DNA of 64,000 bases. Origin: Candidatus Latescibacterota bacterium. GTDB taxonomy: Bacteria; Latescibacterota; UBA2968; UBA8231. The notes under the pieces were generated by a model. The model did not search any database and was not told the origin of the DNA. It was given only the letters and a program-made list of their open reading frames with translations. The stretch lies in contig OZ253462.1 of NCBI GenBank assembly GCA_965261395.1, forward strand, positions 6,400,001 through 6,464,000, written 5' to 3'. Numbering within the stretch: the stretch's first letter is position 1; the number at the start of each line of letters is the position of its first letter. Below, piece by piece: positions 47,503-56,408 of this stretch. Made by a program: the position numbers and the translations under genes.

Positions 47503-48696
47503 ATGAATACCCCAAAGAAAGAAATCGACATCATCGATCTGCTGACGGCGCTACACGCGGGCCGATGGCTGATCATTGGCGGCACCTTGGCCATTTGCGT
47601 CTTGGCCGGTGGCCTCAGCTTCCTCTTGCCAAAGGAATACGAGGCCACCGTGCAAATTCTGCCCCCCCGCGAGAAGAAGGAGAGTTTTGGTTTTTCCAGC
47701 CTGCTCTCGTCCTTACCCATACCCGCCTTCCGCCTCGGGGAGAGGGGCACGCCATCTGACATTTCGCTCGCGACCATCAGGAGCCTAACGGCGCGGCGGC
47801 GGATGGTCGAGAAATTCGGTTTGATGCAGCGCTACGAGGCTCGCACCCTGACCGACGCGATTGAGGTCCTCGCCGACAAAACCACGGCCGCCATGACCGA
47901 AGAGGGCATGCTTGGAGTCTCAGTTCTAGACAAAGACCCGCAAATGGCCGCCGACATGGCCAATTACTACATCGTACTACTCGATAGCACCAACAAGCGG
48001 TTCTCGCACAAGACGGCCTCCGACCGCTTGGACTTTACCCGCGAGATTTTGCAAGAAGAAGATAAAAGGCTCGATGACAAGATGAAGCGGCTGGAGGAGT
48101 TCCAGTCCGAGCACAACGCCATCTCGATCGAAGACCAAGCCCGCGCGGCGATTCTGACTGCCACCTCGATGCACACCGCCGCAATGGAACTCGCAATTGA
48201 GCGCCAGCGGCTCATTCTATCGGGGCTAGGTCCCAACCACGACAAGGTCAAACAGCTCGAGCGCGAAATTAACCTGCGGCAGGTGACCATAGCTTTCTTG
48301 CGCGACGGCCTCAAGCCTGCCGACAACACCATGCTGCAAAACAAAGCGCTGCAACTACAGCTAGACGAAAACCTCTTCCTACCGCTGAATCAGATCCCAG
48401 GCGTGGCCCAAGAGTACGCAAACCTCGAAAAGGATGTGCTTGTACAGACGTCCCTTTTGCTGGTCCTGTTGCAACAGGAGGCCCAATCCCTGATTGAGGC
48501 CAAAGACGCCACTTCGACCGTGCAGATACTCGACCCGGCCACTCCGCCCGAAATCAAGGCCAAGCCCCAGCGCCTGCTGATCGTATTTATCGCCGGCCTA
48601 CTCAGCCTCATCGCCTCAGTCTCCTATGTGCTGGGGGCGGTGTACATGCGGGAGCTCCAACAGCGCTGGCGCGAGCGGCGCGAGACGACGGTCTGA
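47503..48696 (+). CDS. Polysaccharide chain-length determinant (Wzz/GumC family)
   Basis: IDIIDLL, TM, PKEYEATVQILP, coiled coil, QILDPATPPEIKAKPQR, TM. Confidence 0.85.
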   Translation: MNTPKKEIDIIDLLTALHAGRWLIIGGTLAICVLAGGLSFLLPKEYEATVQILPPREKKESFGFSSLLSSLPIPAFRLGERGTPSDISLATIRSLTARRRMVEKFGLMQRYEARTLTDAIEVLADKTTAAMTEEGMLGVSVLDKDPQMAADMANYYIVLLDSTNKRFSHKTASDRLDFTREILQEEDKRLDDKMKRLEEFQSEHNAISIEDQARAAILTATSMHTAAMELAIERQRLILSGLGPNHDKVKQLEREINLRQVTIAFLRDGLKPADNTMLQNKALQLQLDENLFLPLNQIPGVAQEYANLEKDVLVQTSLLLVLLQQEAQSLIEAKDATSTVQILDPATPPEIKAKPQRLLIVFIAGLLSLIASVSYVLGAVYMRELQQRWRERRETTV

Positions 48697-48701
48697 TTCT
48701 T

Positions 48702-49142
48702 ATGACTATTCAAGTGAAGGTGATCAACAAAGGAGGCCAACCGCTGCCCACCTATGAGACGGCGCATAGCGCGGGCCTCGACTTGCGCGCCGCCTTGTCA
48801 AAAGAAGTGGTCTTAGCGCCCGGCGAGCGCGGCCTCATTCCCACGGGCCTGTTTCTCGAAATCCCCCCAGGCTACGAGGCACAGGTCAGGCCGCGCAGTG
48901 GCTTGGCCCTCAAGCGCGGCCTGACGTTGCTCAACGCCCCGGGCACGATCGACGCCGACTACCGAGGCGAAGTCGGCGTCATCATGGTCAACCTTTCGGC
49001 CGAGGAACAGCGCATCGGCCCGGGCGACCGCATCGCCCAACTCATTTTCGCGCCGGTGACACGCGGCGAGTGGATCGAGGTCGATACGCTGGATGAAACG
49101 GAGCGCGGCAGCGGCGGCTTTGGCTCGACGGGGGGGCGCTGA
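48702..49142 (+). CDS. dut: dUTP diphosphatase
   Basis: SAGLDL, RPRSGLA, GTIDADYRGE, GDRIAQL, RGSGGFGSTG. Confidence 0.97.
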   Translation: MTIQVKVINKGGQPLPTYETAHSAGLDLRAALSKEVVLAPGERGLIPTGLFLEIPPGYEAQVRPRSGLALKRGLTLLNAPGTIDADYRGEVGVIMVNLSAEEQRIGPGDRIAQLIFAPVTRGEWIEVDTLDETERGSGGFGSTGGR

Positions 49143-49168
49143 AACTGTTCAAAAGTGGATTAAAAGAG

Positions 49169-49204
49169 AAGAGGCCGGTGTTCCAAAAGGAGCACCGGCC
49201 TCTT
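49169..49204. terminator. Hairpin terminator between convergent operons, probably bidirectional
   Basis: AAGAGGCCGGTGTTCC-AAAA-GGAGCACCGGCCTCTT. Confidence 0.8.
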
Positions 49205-49227
49205 TGCGTTGTATCCGTTACGGCTGC

Positions 49228-49497
49228 TTAACTCGCGCCCCCCGATATAGCGGGCAGGAAGTGAACCTCGCTTTGCGGCCCCACCTTAGCCCTAAGCCCG
49301 GCCGCAACGATTTCGCCATCTACCGCAACGGCAATCTCGGTCTTGATGCGGTCGCCATTGAGGATTCGCTCCTTAAAGCCAGGGTAGCGGGCGTCGAGCG
49401 CGGCAACGACCTCGCGCACCGTCGCACCCTCTACCTCTACTTGCTGCTGGCCAGCGGTCAGCTTCTGCATCAGCGAGGGAATCCAAGCTACGGGCAC
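49228..49497 (-). CDS. MoaD/ThiS-family ubiquitin-like sulfur carrier
   Basis: GATVREVVAALDARYPG...AVDGE...EVHFLPAISGG, followed by AS. Confidence 0.85.
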   Translation of the reverse strand: MPVAWIPSLMQKLTAGQQQVEVEGATVREVVAALDARYPGFKERILNGDRIKTEIAVAVDGEIVAAGLRAKVGPQSEVHFLPAISGGAS

Positions 49498-49502
49498 AGC
49501 TT

Positions 49503-51758
49503 TTAGCTACTCTCTGCCAACGCGGCGACAATGCGGTCGGGCTTCATAGGCAATTCCTGCGGACGCACGCCAACGGCATCCCCAATGGCGGCGGCTATGG
49601 CGGCGGGCGGCGGGGCGATGTTGGCCTCGCCAACGCCGCGCACTCCGTAGGGATGGCCCGGATTGGGGACCTCGACGATGATGGTCTCAATCATCGGCAG
49701 GTCGAGGCTGGTCGGGATCCGGTAGTCGAGATAGCTGGAGTTGTCGAGGTGGCCGTCTGGATTGTAGAAGTACTCCTCGTTGAGCGCCCAACCAATGCCT
49801 TGGGCCGAGCCACCCTGCATCTGGCCTTCGACGTACGCCGGGTGAATGGCCCGGCCGGCGTCTTGGACGACCGTAAAGCGCACAATCTCGACCTTGCCGG
49901 TATCGGGATCCACTTCGACATCGGCGATGTTAGCCGCAAAGGAGCCGCCGACGCCCGAGTCTGGATCCACGGAGGCGCGGCCAATGACGGGGCCGCCGGT
50001 CTCTTCGAGCCGGCCAGCCAATTCCTTAAAGGTCAGCGCGTTATCGCCGGAACGGAAAACGCCGTCGTCAAACTCCACTTGGCTTTCTTCGACCTCCCAG
50101 AGCTGGGCCGCGCGTTCGCAGAGCTGGTCCCGCACGTCGAGGGCGGCCTTGTACGCAGCCCAGCCGGTGGCGTACGTCACGCGGCTGCCGCCGGTTACGT
50201 CCGTGTGGCCAATCGAGTCCGTGTCGGCCACCTGCGGTTTGACGTCTTCGGCCCGCAGGCCCAAGGTCTCGGCAAACTGCATGGCGATCGACGTGCGCGT
50301 GCCACCGATGTCGGTCGAACCCTCGACTAAGTTAACCGTGCCGTCTGCGTTGACGCTGGCCACGCAGGAGGACTTAAGCCCAACGTTGAACCAATAGCCG
50401 ACCGAGATGCCGCGCCCGCCGTTGGGACCAGCGGCTGCTGGACTCTGATAGTGCTCTGAGTCGCGGATGGCTTCCAACACCTCCTTGCAGCCCATCTTCG
50501 GGTACACCACCCCATCAATCCGGCGGGTGCCGGTCGTCGCGGTGTTTTTGAGCCGGAACTCCAACGGCTCTATCCCCAATTCGGCGGCCAGCAAATCGAC
50601 CACGTGCTCGGTGGCGAAGGCCACCTGCGTCGAACCCGGGGCGCGATACGCGAAACTCCGCGGCTTGTTGACCACTACGTCATAGCAGTCAATCCGGCCA
50701 TCGGGTATGTCGTAGCACGAGAACACGCACATCGCGGCCGCGCCGACCAAGCCGCCGGGATAAGCTCCAGACTCAAAGGCGATATAAGCGTCGGCGGCCA
50801 CGATCTTGCCGCTCTTGTCCGCACCCATCTTGATCTTGATGTACGACCCAGGCGTCGGGCCGGTACTCTCAAAGACGGCTGGCCGGGTCATAATCAGTTT
50901 GACGGGTTGGCCGCTCGCCTTGGAGAGCAGGGCGGCGACCGGCTCTAAGTACACCGGGATTTTGCCGCCAAAGCCGCCGCCGATCTCCTGGGGTACGACC
51001 TTGATCTTGGAAATGGGCATGTCCAAGACCGCGCCGATTTGGGCACGCGCGGTGAACGAACCTTGGGTGCTGGTCCAAATCGTCAGTTGGCCGTCGGCGT
51101 TCCAGCTCGCCGTGGCGTTGTGCGGCTCGATGTACCCTTGATGCACGGTGGCGGTCTGAAACTCGCGCTCCACGATCACGTCGGCCTCGGCAAAGGCCCT
51201 GTCTGGGTCGCCGAGCTTGTGCTCGAAGTGGGTGGCGAGGTTGCTCTTGCGGCCGGTGTCTTCCCCAAACTCTTGGGTGGTCATGTCGTCGTGGAGCTGG
51301 GGCGCGCCCTCCTGCATGGCCTCGCGCACATCGAGCACAAGCTCTAGTACCTCGTATTCGACTTCGATCAGGTCGAGTGCCTCTTCGGCAACATGGACGT
51401 TGATGGCGGCGACCGCGGCTACTGGGTGCCCGCTGTACAGGACCTTATCCGTGGCCAGCACGTTGTCGCGCAGGTATTTGAGCCGGGCCGGACCTTCGCC
51501 GAGATCGACGATTAGGTCTCCGGCATCGGGCAGATCAATGCCCGTGAGGACGGCCTTGACCCCGGGCAAAGCAGCGGCTTTAGAAGTATCTATGGACTTG
51601 ATGCGCGCATGGGCGTGGGGCGAGCGCAGGATCTGTCCGTAGAGCAAGCCGGCCAACCGGGTGTCACCGCCGTAAATAGCGCGCCCAATGACCTTATCGA
51701 CGCCGTCGTGGCGGATGGGACGGGTGCCAATGACTTTGTAGCCGTTGGTGGCAGACAT
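49503..51758 (-). CDS. Xanthine dehydrogenase/CoxL-family molybdopterin-binding subunit
   Basis: RSPHAHARI, GGGFGGK, AYRAPG, EGQMQGG, GVRGVGE. Confidence 0.93.
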   Translation of the reverse strand: MSATNGYKVIGTRPIRHDGVDKVIGRAIYGGDTRLAGLLYGQILRSPHAHARIKSIDTSKAAALPGVKAVLTGIDLPDAGDLIVDLGEGPARLKYLRDNVLATDKVLYSGHPVAAVAAINVHVAEEALDLIEVEYEVLELVLDVREAMQEGAPQLHDDMTTQEFGEDTGRKSNLATHFEHKLGDPDRAFAEADVIVEREFQTATVHQGYIEPHNATASWNADGQLTIWTSTQGSFTARAQIGAVLDMPISKIKVVPQEIGGGFGGKIPVYLEPVAALLSKASGQPVKLIMTRPAVFESTGPTPGSYIKIKMGADKSGKIVAADAYIAFESGAYPGGLVGAAAMCVFSCYDIPDGRIDCYDVVVNKPRSFAYRAPGSTQVAFATEHVVDLLAAELGIEPLEFRLKNTATTGTRRIDGVVYPKMGCKEVLEAIRDSEHYQSPAAAGPNGGRGISVGYWFNVGLKSSCVASVNADGTVNLVEGSTDIGGTRTSIAMQFAETLGLRAEDVKPQVADTDSIGHTDVTGGSRVTYATGWAAYKAALDVRDQLCERAAQLWEVEESQVEFDDGVFRSGDNALTFKELAGRLEETGGPVIGRASVDPDSGVGGSFAANIADVEVDPDTGKVEIVRFTVVQDAGRAIHPAYVEGQMQGGSAQGIGWALNEEYFYNPDGHLDNSSYLDYRIPTSLDLPMIETIIVEVPNPGHPYGVRGVGEANIAPPPAAIAAAIGDAVGVRPQELPMKPDRIVAALAESS

Positions 51759-51778
51759 GGCGTTCCTCCTCGTTGGGT

Positions 51779-52258
51779 TCAGGCGCTTTGGCGCACTTCC
51801 TCAGCGGCGTCGAGGACGGCGCGGACGATCTTGTCGTAGCCCGTACAGCGGCACAAGTTGCCGGCCAGCCAGTGCCGCACTTCGTGCTCGGAAGGGTTGG
51901 GGTTGTGGTCGAGCAGGGCTTTGGAGGCCACCAAAAAGCCCGGGGTGCAGATACCGCATTGCAGCGCGGCGTGTTCGAGGAACTTCTGCTGCACTGGGTG
52001 CAGGCTATCCGGGCTGGCAAGGCCCTCGACCGTGCCGATCTCCTTGCCCTCGGCCTCGACGGCCAGCATTAGACAAGAATCGACGAGGATGCCATCGACG
52101 ACGACGGAGCACGCGCCGCAGTTGCCGTCGTTGCAGCCTTCCTTGGTGCCGGTGAAGCCGAGCGTCTCGCGCAACACTTCGAGCAGGCTTTGGCGCGACT
52201 CGCAGAGAAATTCGGTCGGCTCCCCGTTAATCGTGGTTTGGACGTGCGTTTTGCTCAT
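51779..52258 (-). CDS. (2Fe-2S)-binding subunit (CoxS-like)
   Basis: GCNDGNCGAC...SC...QCGICTPG...GNLCRCTGY. Confidence 0.95.
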   Translation of the reverse strand: MSKTHVQTTINGEPTEFLCESRQSLLEVLRETLGFTGTKEGCNDGNCGACSVVVDGILVDSCLMLAVEAEGKEIGTVEGLASPDSLHPVQQKFLEHAALQCGICTPGFLVASKALLDHNPNPSEHEVRHWLAGNLCRCTGYDKIVRAVLDAAEEVRQSA

Positions 52259-52300
52259 GTACCTTAACTCCGAATTTGGGCCGCCTGTTGCGGCTAGTGA

Positions 52301-52364
52301 AGAGCTTTTCTCGCCGACCGGATGGTCGGTGCAGAGCTTTTCTCGCCGACCAAATGGTCGGTGT
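52301..52364. repeat. Two tandem 32-bp repeats, each with a CCGACC-N4-GGTCGG hairpin (REP-like)
   Basis: AGAGCTTTTCTCGCCGACCGGATGGTCGGTGC / AGAGCTTTTCTCGCCGACCAAATGGTCGGTGT. Confidence 0.75.
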
Positions 52365-52376
52365 AACTTCTAACTT

Positions 52377-53285
52377 CTAACCGGCCGCTTCCTGCACGGC
52401 GTTGGCGACGAACTGGCCGCGAGCCCGGGCGACAGCACCCGCGAGGGTGCGCTTGACCAGCACCCCGACGAGGTGGGTGCGGAACTCGGCCGGGCCGCGC
52501 ATATCGGAAATCGGGCGGGCCGCGCTCTGGGTAGCCGCCGCTGCTGCTGCTATGGCCTCGTCTGAGACGGCTTGGCCCGCTAGACGGTCGCCGGCCTCGC
52601 GGGCGAAAATCGGCGTGGGGCCGACCGCGGCGAGCGCGATGCGCACGGCCTTGAACTCCTTGCCGCGATTGGCCAACACAACGTGGGAGGACACCCCGAC
52701 GACGGCGATGTCCATCTCGTTGCGCGGAATGAAGCGCTGGTAGTGAGAGCTGGTGTTCTTCTTGACAATCGGGATCTGGAGAGAAACTAAGATCTCGCCG
52801 AGCGCGAGCACGCTGCGGCCCGGGGCAGTGCAAAAATCCTCTACCGCGACTTGGCGCTTGCCGTCCGGCCCGGCGATGTGGCACACGGCCGAGTGGGTAA
52901 TTAGGCTGGGGATCGTGTCCGCGCTGGGAGAGGCATTGCACAAATTGCCGCCAAAGGTGGCGCGGCCCTGTATTTGGATGCCGCCGATAATGGCGGCCGA
53001 ATCGACGAGCCCTGGGTATCGCGCGACGATTTCGGGGTCATTGTAGATGCGCCAGCAGGGCACGCCCGCGCCGATGACCAAACCCCGGCGGGGTCCGTAG
53101 GAAAGCTCGTTGACCTCGGGGACATTCTTGATGTCGATGATGCAGTCGGGCGTAAAACGCTTGCCGCGCAACTGGACGATCAAGTCGGTGCCGCCAGCGA
53201 GGACGCGGGCGGCTTCGCCCTTTTCGGCCTTGAGGGCCACGGCCTCACGCAATGTGCTGGGGGCGCAGTATGCAAAATCTTTCAA
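52377..53285 (-). CDS. FAD-binding subunit (CoxM-like)
   Basis: LAGGTDL, IQGRATFGGNLCNASPSAD, PISDMRG.AEFR. Confidence 0.93.
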   Translation of the reverse strand: MKDFAYCAPSTLREAVALKAEKGEAARVLAGGTDLIVQLRGKRFTPDCIIDIKNVPEVNELSYGPRRGLVIGAGVPCWRIYNDPEIVARYPGLVDSAAIIGGIQIQGRATFGGNLCNASPSADTIPSLITHSAVCHIAGPDGKRQVAVEDFCTAPGRSVLALGEILVSLQIPIVKKNTSSHYQRFIPRNEMDIAVVGVSSHVVLANRGKEFKAVRIALAAVGPTPIFAREAGDRLAGQAVSDEAIAAAAAATQSAARPISDMRGPAEFRTHLVGVLVKRTLAGAVARARGQFVANAVQEAAG

Positions 53286-53513
53286 GGAAAACCCTCCTCG
53301 CTATATTAAGTAGTGGTCGCTGCGTTCGCGCCTAATTATGGACTGCCCCATCCCCGCTGTCAAGAGCGGTAAAAGGCGCGGCGCAATGGGCTAGATAGCT
53401 GGATTTTTTTGGGTAAACCCTCAATGTGGGGTGCTTCAATCCGTGGGCGACTGAGCCGACGAGATCCGGCCTACTCGTCCGTCGTCAGCGACGAATATTT
53501 TTTTGCCCTCTCC

Positions 53514-55355
53514 TCAAGGCAGCTTCGTCATCTTCTTGGCTTCCACGCGCCCATCCACCTCGACCCGATAGAGATACACGCCAGCGGCCACTGCCTTACC
53601 CGCCGCGTCGTGGCCATCCCAAGTAAAACGATGCGTACCCGCCCGCAGCGACCCCTGCCATAACTGCCGCACCCGACGACCCAGCACATCGTACACCGTC
53701 AGCGACACCCCCGCCGCGTCTGCTGCCAAATCAAGGGGAATCACTACCGCCGGATTGAACGGATTGGGATAGCTGTCGCCCAGCCGATACTGCGCCGGCA
53801 GAGCAACCGCCGCCGTCATCACCGCCGTCGGCTGCCCAGCCCCCGAATTCTTGAGCACATGCACACCGCCCAAGGCCGAATCCAACACGACCAAGTCCAG
53901 ATCGCCGTCGTCATCGACATCGCCGGGCAGCACTCCGGTCCCATCGCCAGTCAAGCGATGCGTCTCCTCTTCTTGGGTTGGATTCAAGCCCCCACCCCAC
54001 TCGACAAATACCCCAAGGCCCGACGCCCGGTTGCCGCCGACAAACACCCAATCATCTACCCCGTCGGCGTTCAAGTCGCGCACCACCACCCACGTGCGCA
54101 GAAACAAATGCTCATCATACAGCACCTCCAGCACCTCTTCGGACAGCACCCCTTCTGCGGACAGCCTTTTCACAACGAGTCCCATGTTTCCTTCATAGGA
54201 GTTGTGTTGGAGTTCTACGGGTATCTCCTGCCGCCCATCGCCATCAAAATCGCCCGCGACCGTAGCAAAAAGCCTGCTGTAGTACAAATCCCAGATGGCT
54301 TCGAGGTCGTCCGGATTTATAGTGAGTACCTCTTCCTGGAGATCTGGCCCGATAGACCAAACCACTGTTTCGGAGCCTACCCTTATCACAATCTCGTCTT
54401 GGCCATCGCCATCCACATCGCTGGCGAGTAGATGCATAAATCCTCCCACTTCTCGGGTATACCCGATGCGCGCGATTTCAAAGGCCCCGCTACCATCATT
54501 GAGGGCCATGACCCAGCCATGGGGGGGCCTCCAGCCGGAGGGAGGATCACCCTCATAAGGGGCAAACCGAGTAGAAAAAAGATCTAAGTCGCCATCGCCA
54601 TCTAAGTCGGTCAAGACGCCACTCCCCCCGGTGTACCCTAAACCCGGCGTAATCGGATAAAACACCGGTGGTGCAAAAAGACCGGGGCCATCAAACTCAA
54701 AATACTTCACCGGCGGCGGGGCTAATTCGCCCTGCGAGCGCTCTTCAGGGCCGGTCATCTCGATCCAGTCGATCTCAAAATGCCCGACCTCCTCCTCCTC
54801 CGACCGAGGCTCCTCCGCTTCGTTTCGGTCCAAGCTAAAACGCAGCCGAATATCCCGTAAAAGGCCTGCCCATACGATCTCATCTTGGCCAGAGAGAGTA
54901 AACTCTACTTCCTGCCACTCGGTCGTGTACGCGAAGTCTATGGAGAGGATCGCAAATCGGTTTTCTGACGGCCCTTCAGGATCGAGCCCTGGTGCTGCAA
55001 GGTTGTGCTCATTGGTCCAAGCAAGCCCAACGCGCCCTACCGTAGGGCGATCGTGCAGGGTGCGGAACCGGACTCGCACCCGGTCGAACAGGTGCGAATC
55101 GTAGCCGATGAGATAAGAAATCAAGGCCGCATTCGGAGCAGGATCCCTCTTCCCCACTACCGAAGGCGAGACATCGACCCTCCACACGCCGTCTTCAACT
55201 TCCCCTGGGAACAAATAAAATTCATTTGGGCCACCCCATTCAAGCGCTCTTTTGGCGGACCACCCTTGCATCGTCCCGTCGTCGAAATCCCACTTGACCG
55301 CCTCGGCGAGACCGCTCCATAGCACTAAGCATGTAACAACGGCGAGCTTTAACAT
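53514..55355 (-). CDS. Secreted FG-GAP/VCBS-repeat protein with C-terminal FlgD-Ig/T9SS-like domain
   Basis: Signal peptide, DxDGDGDLD repeats, YPNPFNP...WDGHDAAGKAVAAGVYLYRV...KMTKLP. Confidence 0.85.
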   Translation of the reverse strand: MLKLAVVTCLVLWSGLAEAVKWDFDDGTMQGWSAKRALEWGGPNEFYLFPGEVEDGVWRVDVSPSVVGKRDPAPNAALISYLIGYDSHLFDRVRVRFRTLHDRPTVGRVGLAWTNEHNLAAPGLDPEGPSENRFAILSIDFAYTTEWQEVEFTLSGQDEIVWAGLLRDIRLRFSLDRNEAEEPRSEEEEVGHFEIDWIEMTGPEERSQGELAPPPVKYFEFDGPGLFAPPVFYPITPGLGYTGGSGVLTDLDGDGDLDLFSTRFAPYEGDPPSGWRPPHGWVMALNDGSGAFEIARIGYTREVGGFMHLLASDVDGDGQDEIVIRVGSETVVWSIGPDLQEEVLTINPDDLEAIWDLYYSRLFATVAGDFDGDGRQEIPVELQHNSYEGNMGLVVKRLSAEGVLSEEVLEVLYDEHLFLRTWVVVRDLNADGVDDWVFVGGNRASGLGVFVEWGGGLNPTQEEETHRLTGDGTGVLPGDVDDDGDLDLVVLDSALGGVHVLKNSGAGQPTAVMTAAVALPAQYRLGDSYPNPFNPAVVIPLDLAADAAGVSLTVYDVLGRRVRQLWQGSLRAGTHRFTWDGHDAAGKAVAAGVYLYRVEVDGRVEAKKMTKLP

Positions 55356-55468
55356 GACAACACCTCCATAGAACTTTCCACAAGACAGCGCAACGAAAAG
55401 AAGTCTGATTCAATCGACTACTGTATTGAATTATATGGCCAGCGACAGGTCGTATCAACAGCTTCTCG

Positions 55469-56347
55469 TCAATCGCTCCCTACCCCCGCTTCCAAGCTCC
55501 AATAGACCGTTTCGATCCAGCGCTGCGCTGGCACGAAAGACCACTCCCACGAAGCCCATTGCGAGTCGAGTCCCTCGGCGCTGATCTGGTCGAGCGACAG
55601 GCCCGCGCTCCGGCGCGTGCGCACGCTGGCCGTAGTTTCCACCAACATGCGGTGATAGGTCTTCAGGTCGTCGAGCGTGGCGACCGGGCCGTGGCCGGGG
55701 ATGATTTTGGCGTCTGCGGGAAGCTGGTCGATGAGCGTGGCAATGTGTTGCGTCAGAGTCTCGACGTCGCCGCCGTACTCTAGATCGACAAAGGGGAAGA
55801 GGCCGTTGAAGAACAGGTCGCCGAGATGGGCTATCTGGGCGTTGACAAAGAATACGGCGATGTCCCCGTCGGTATGGCCGCGCGGAAAGTGAACGGCGCG
55901 GATTTCCTCGTCGTTGAAGAACACGGACGCCGACTGCTCAAACGCAACCTCTGGCAAGGCAACCGCCGGCGCAGGCTCAATGAACCGCTTGCCAAATTCA
56001 CCACCCATCGCCAGGCGTTTGCGGACATTGGCGTGGGCCAAAATCGTCGCGTGCTGGCCAAAGGCGCGGTTGCCGCCGGTGTGGTCGCCGTGGAAATGCG
56101 TGTTGAAGATGTACTGGGGCTGGCCGTCAAAACGGGCTAGCGCGGCACGCACCGCATCGGCCTGCGACGCCAATTTGGCATCCACCAACAGAATGCCATC
56201 GCCGCCGACGCAAACCCCGACATTGCCGCCACCGCCTTGCAACACATACACCGCGTCGCTGAGCTGGTGGAGCGATAGCTCGGCGGTCGCTGGGCCAGCC
56301 GCTAACAGTGCCGCGATTAATAATGGGCGAACATTTAATAAGCGCAT
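55469..56347 (-). CDS. Secreted MBL-fold metallo-hydrolase (cyclase-like)
   Basis: NTHFHGDHTGGN, GHTDGD, HLGDL, IPGHG. Confidence 0.9.
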   Translation of the reverse strand: MRLLNVRPLLIAALLAAGPATAELSLHQLSDAVYVLQGGGGNVGVCVGGDGILLVDAKLASQADAVRAALARFDGQPQYIFNTHFHGDHTGGNRAFGQHATILAHANVRKRLAMGGEFGKRFIEPAPAVALPEVAFEQSASVFFNDEEIRAVHFPRGHTDGDIAVFFVNAQIAHLGDLFFNGLFPFVDLEYGGDVETLTQHIATLIDQLPADAKIIPGHGPVATLDDLKTYHRMLVETTASVRTRRSAGLSLDQISAEGLDSQWASWEWSFVPAQRWIETVYWSLEAGVGSD

Positions 56348-56380
56348 GGTTCCTTACCCCTATGATTAGAAATTATTTAT

Positions 56381-56408
56381 GTAGGGGCGACCGGCCGGTC
56401 GCCCCTAC
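56381..56408. repeat. Perfect 28-bp palindrome, GTAG-type REP-like element
   Basis: GTAGGGGCGACCGG/CCGGTCGCCCCTAC; supplies the stop codon of the CRTAC1 gene. Confidence 0.75.

Noticed and set aside
49503-51758. True aerobic CO dehydrogenase (coxL form I)
   Set aside because: It lacks the AYxCSFR motif and the cox accessory genes.
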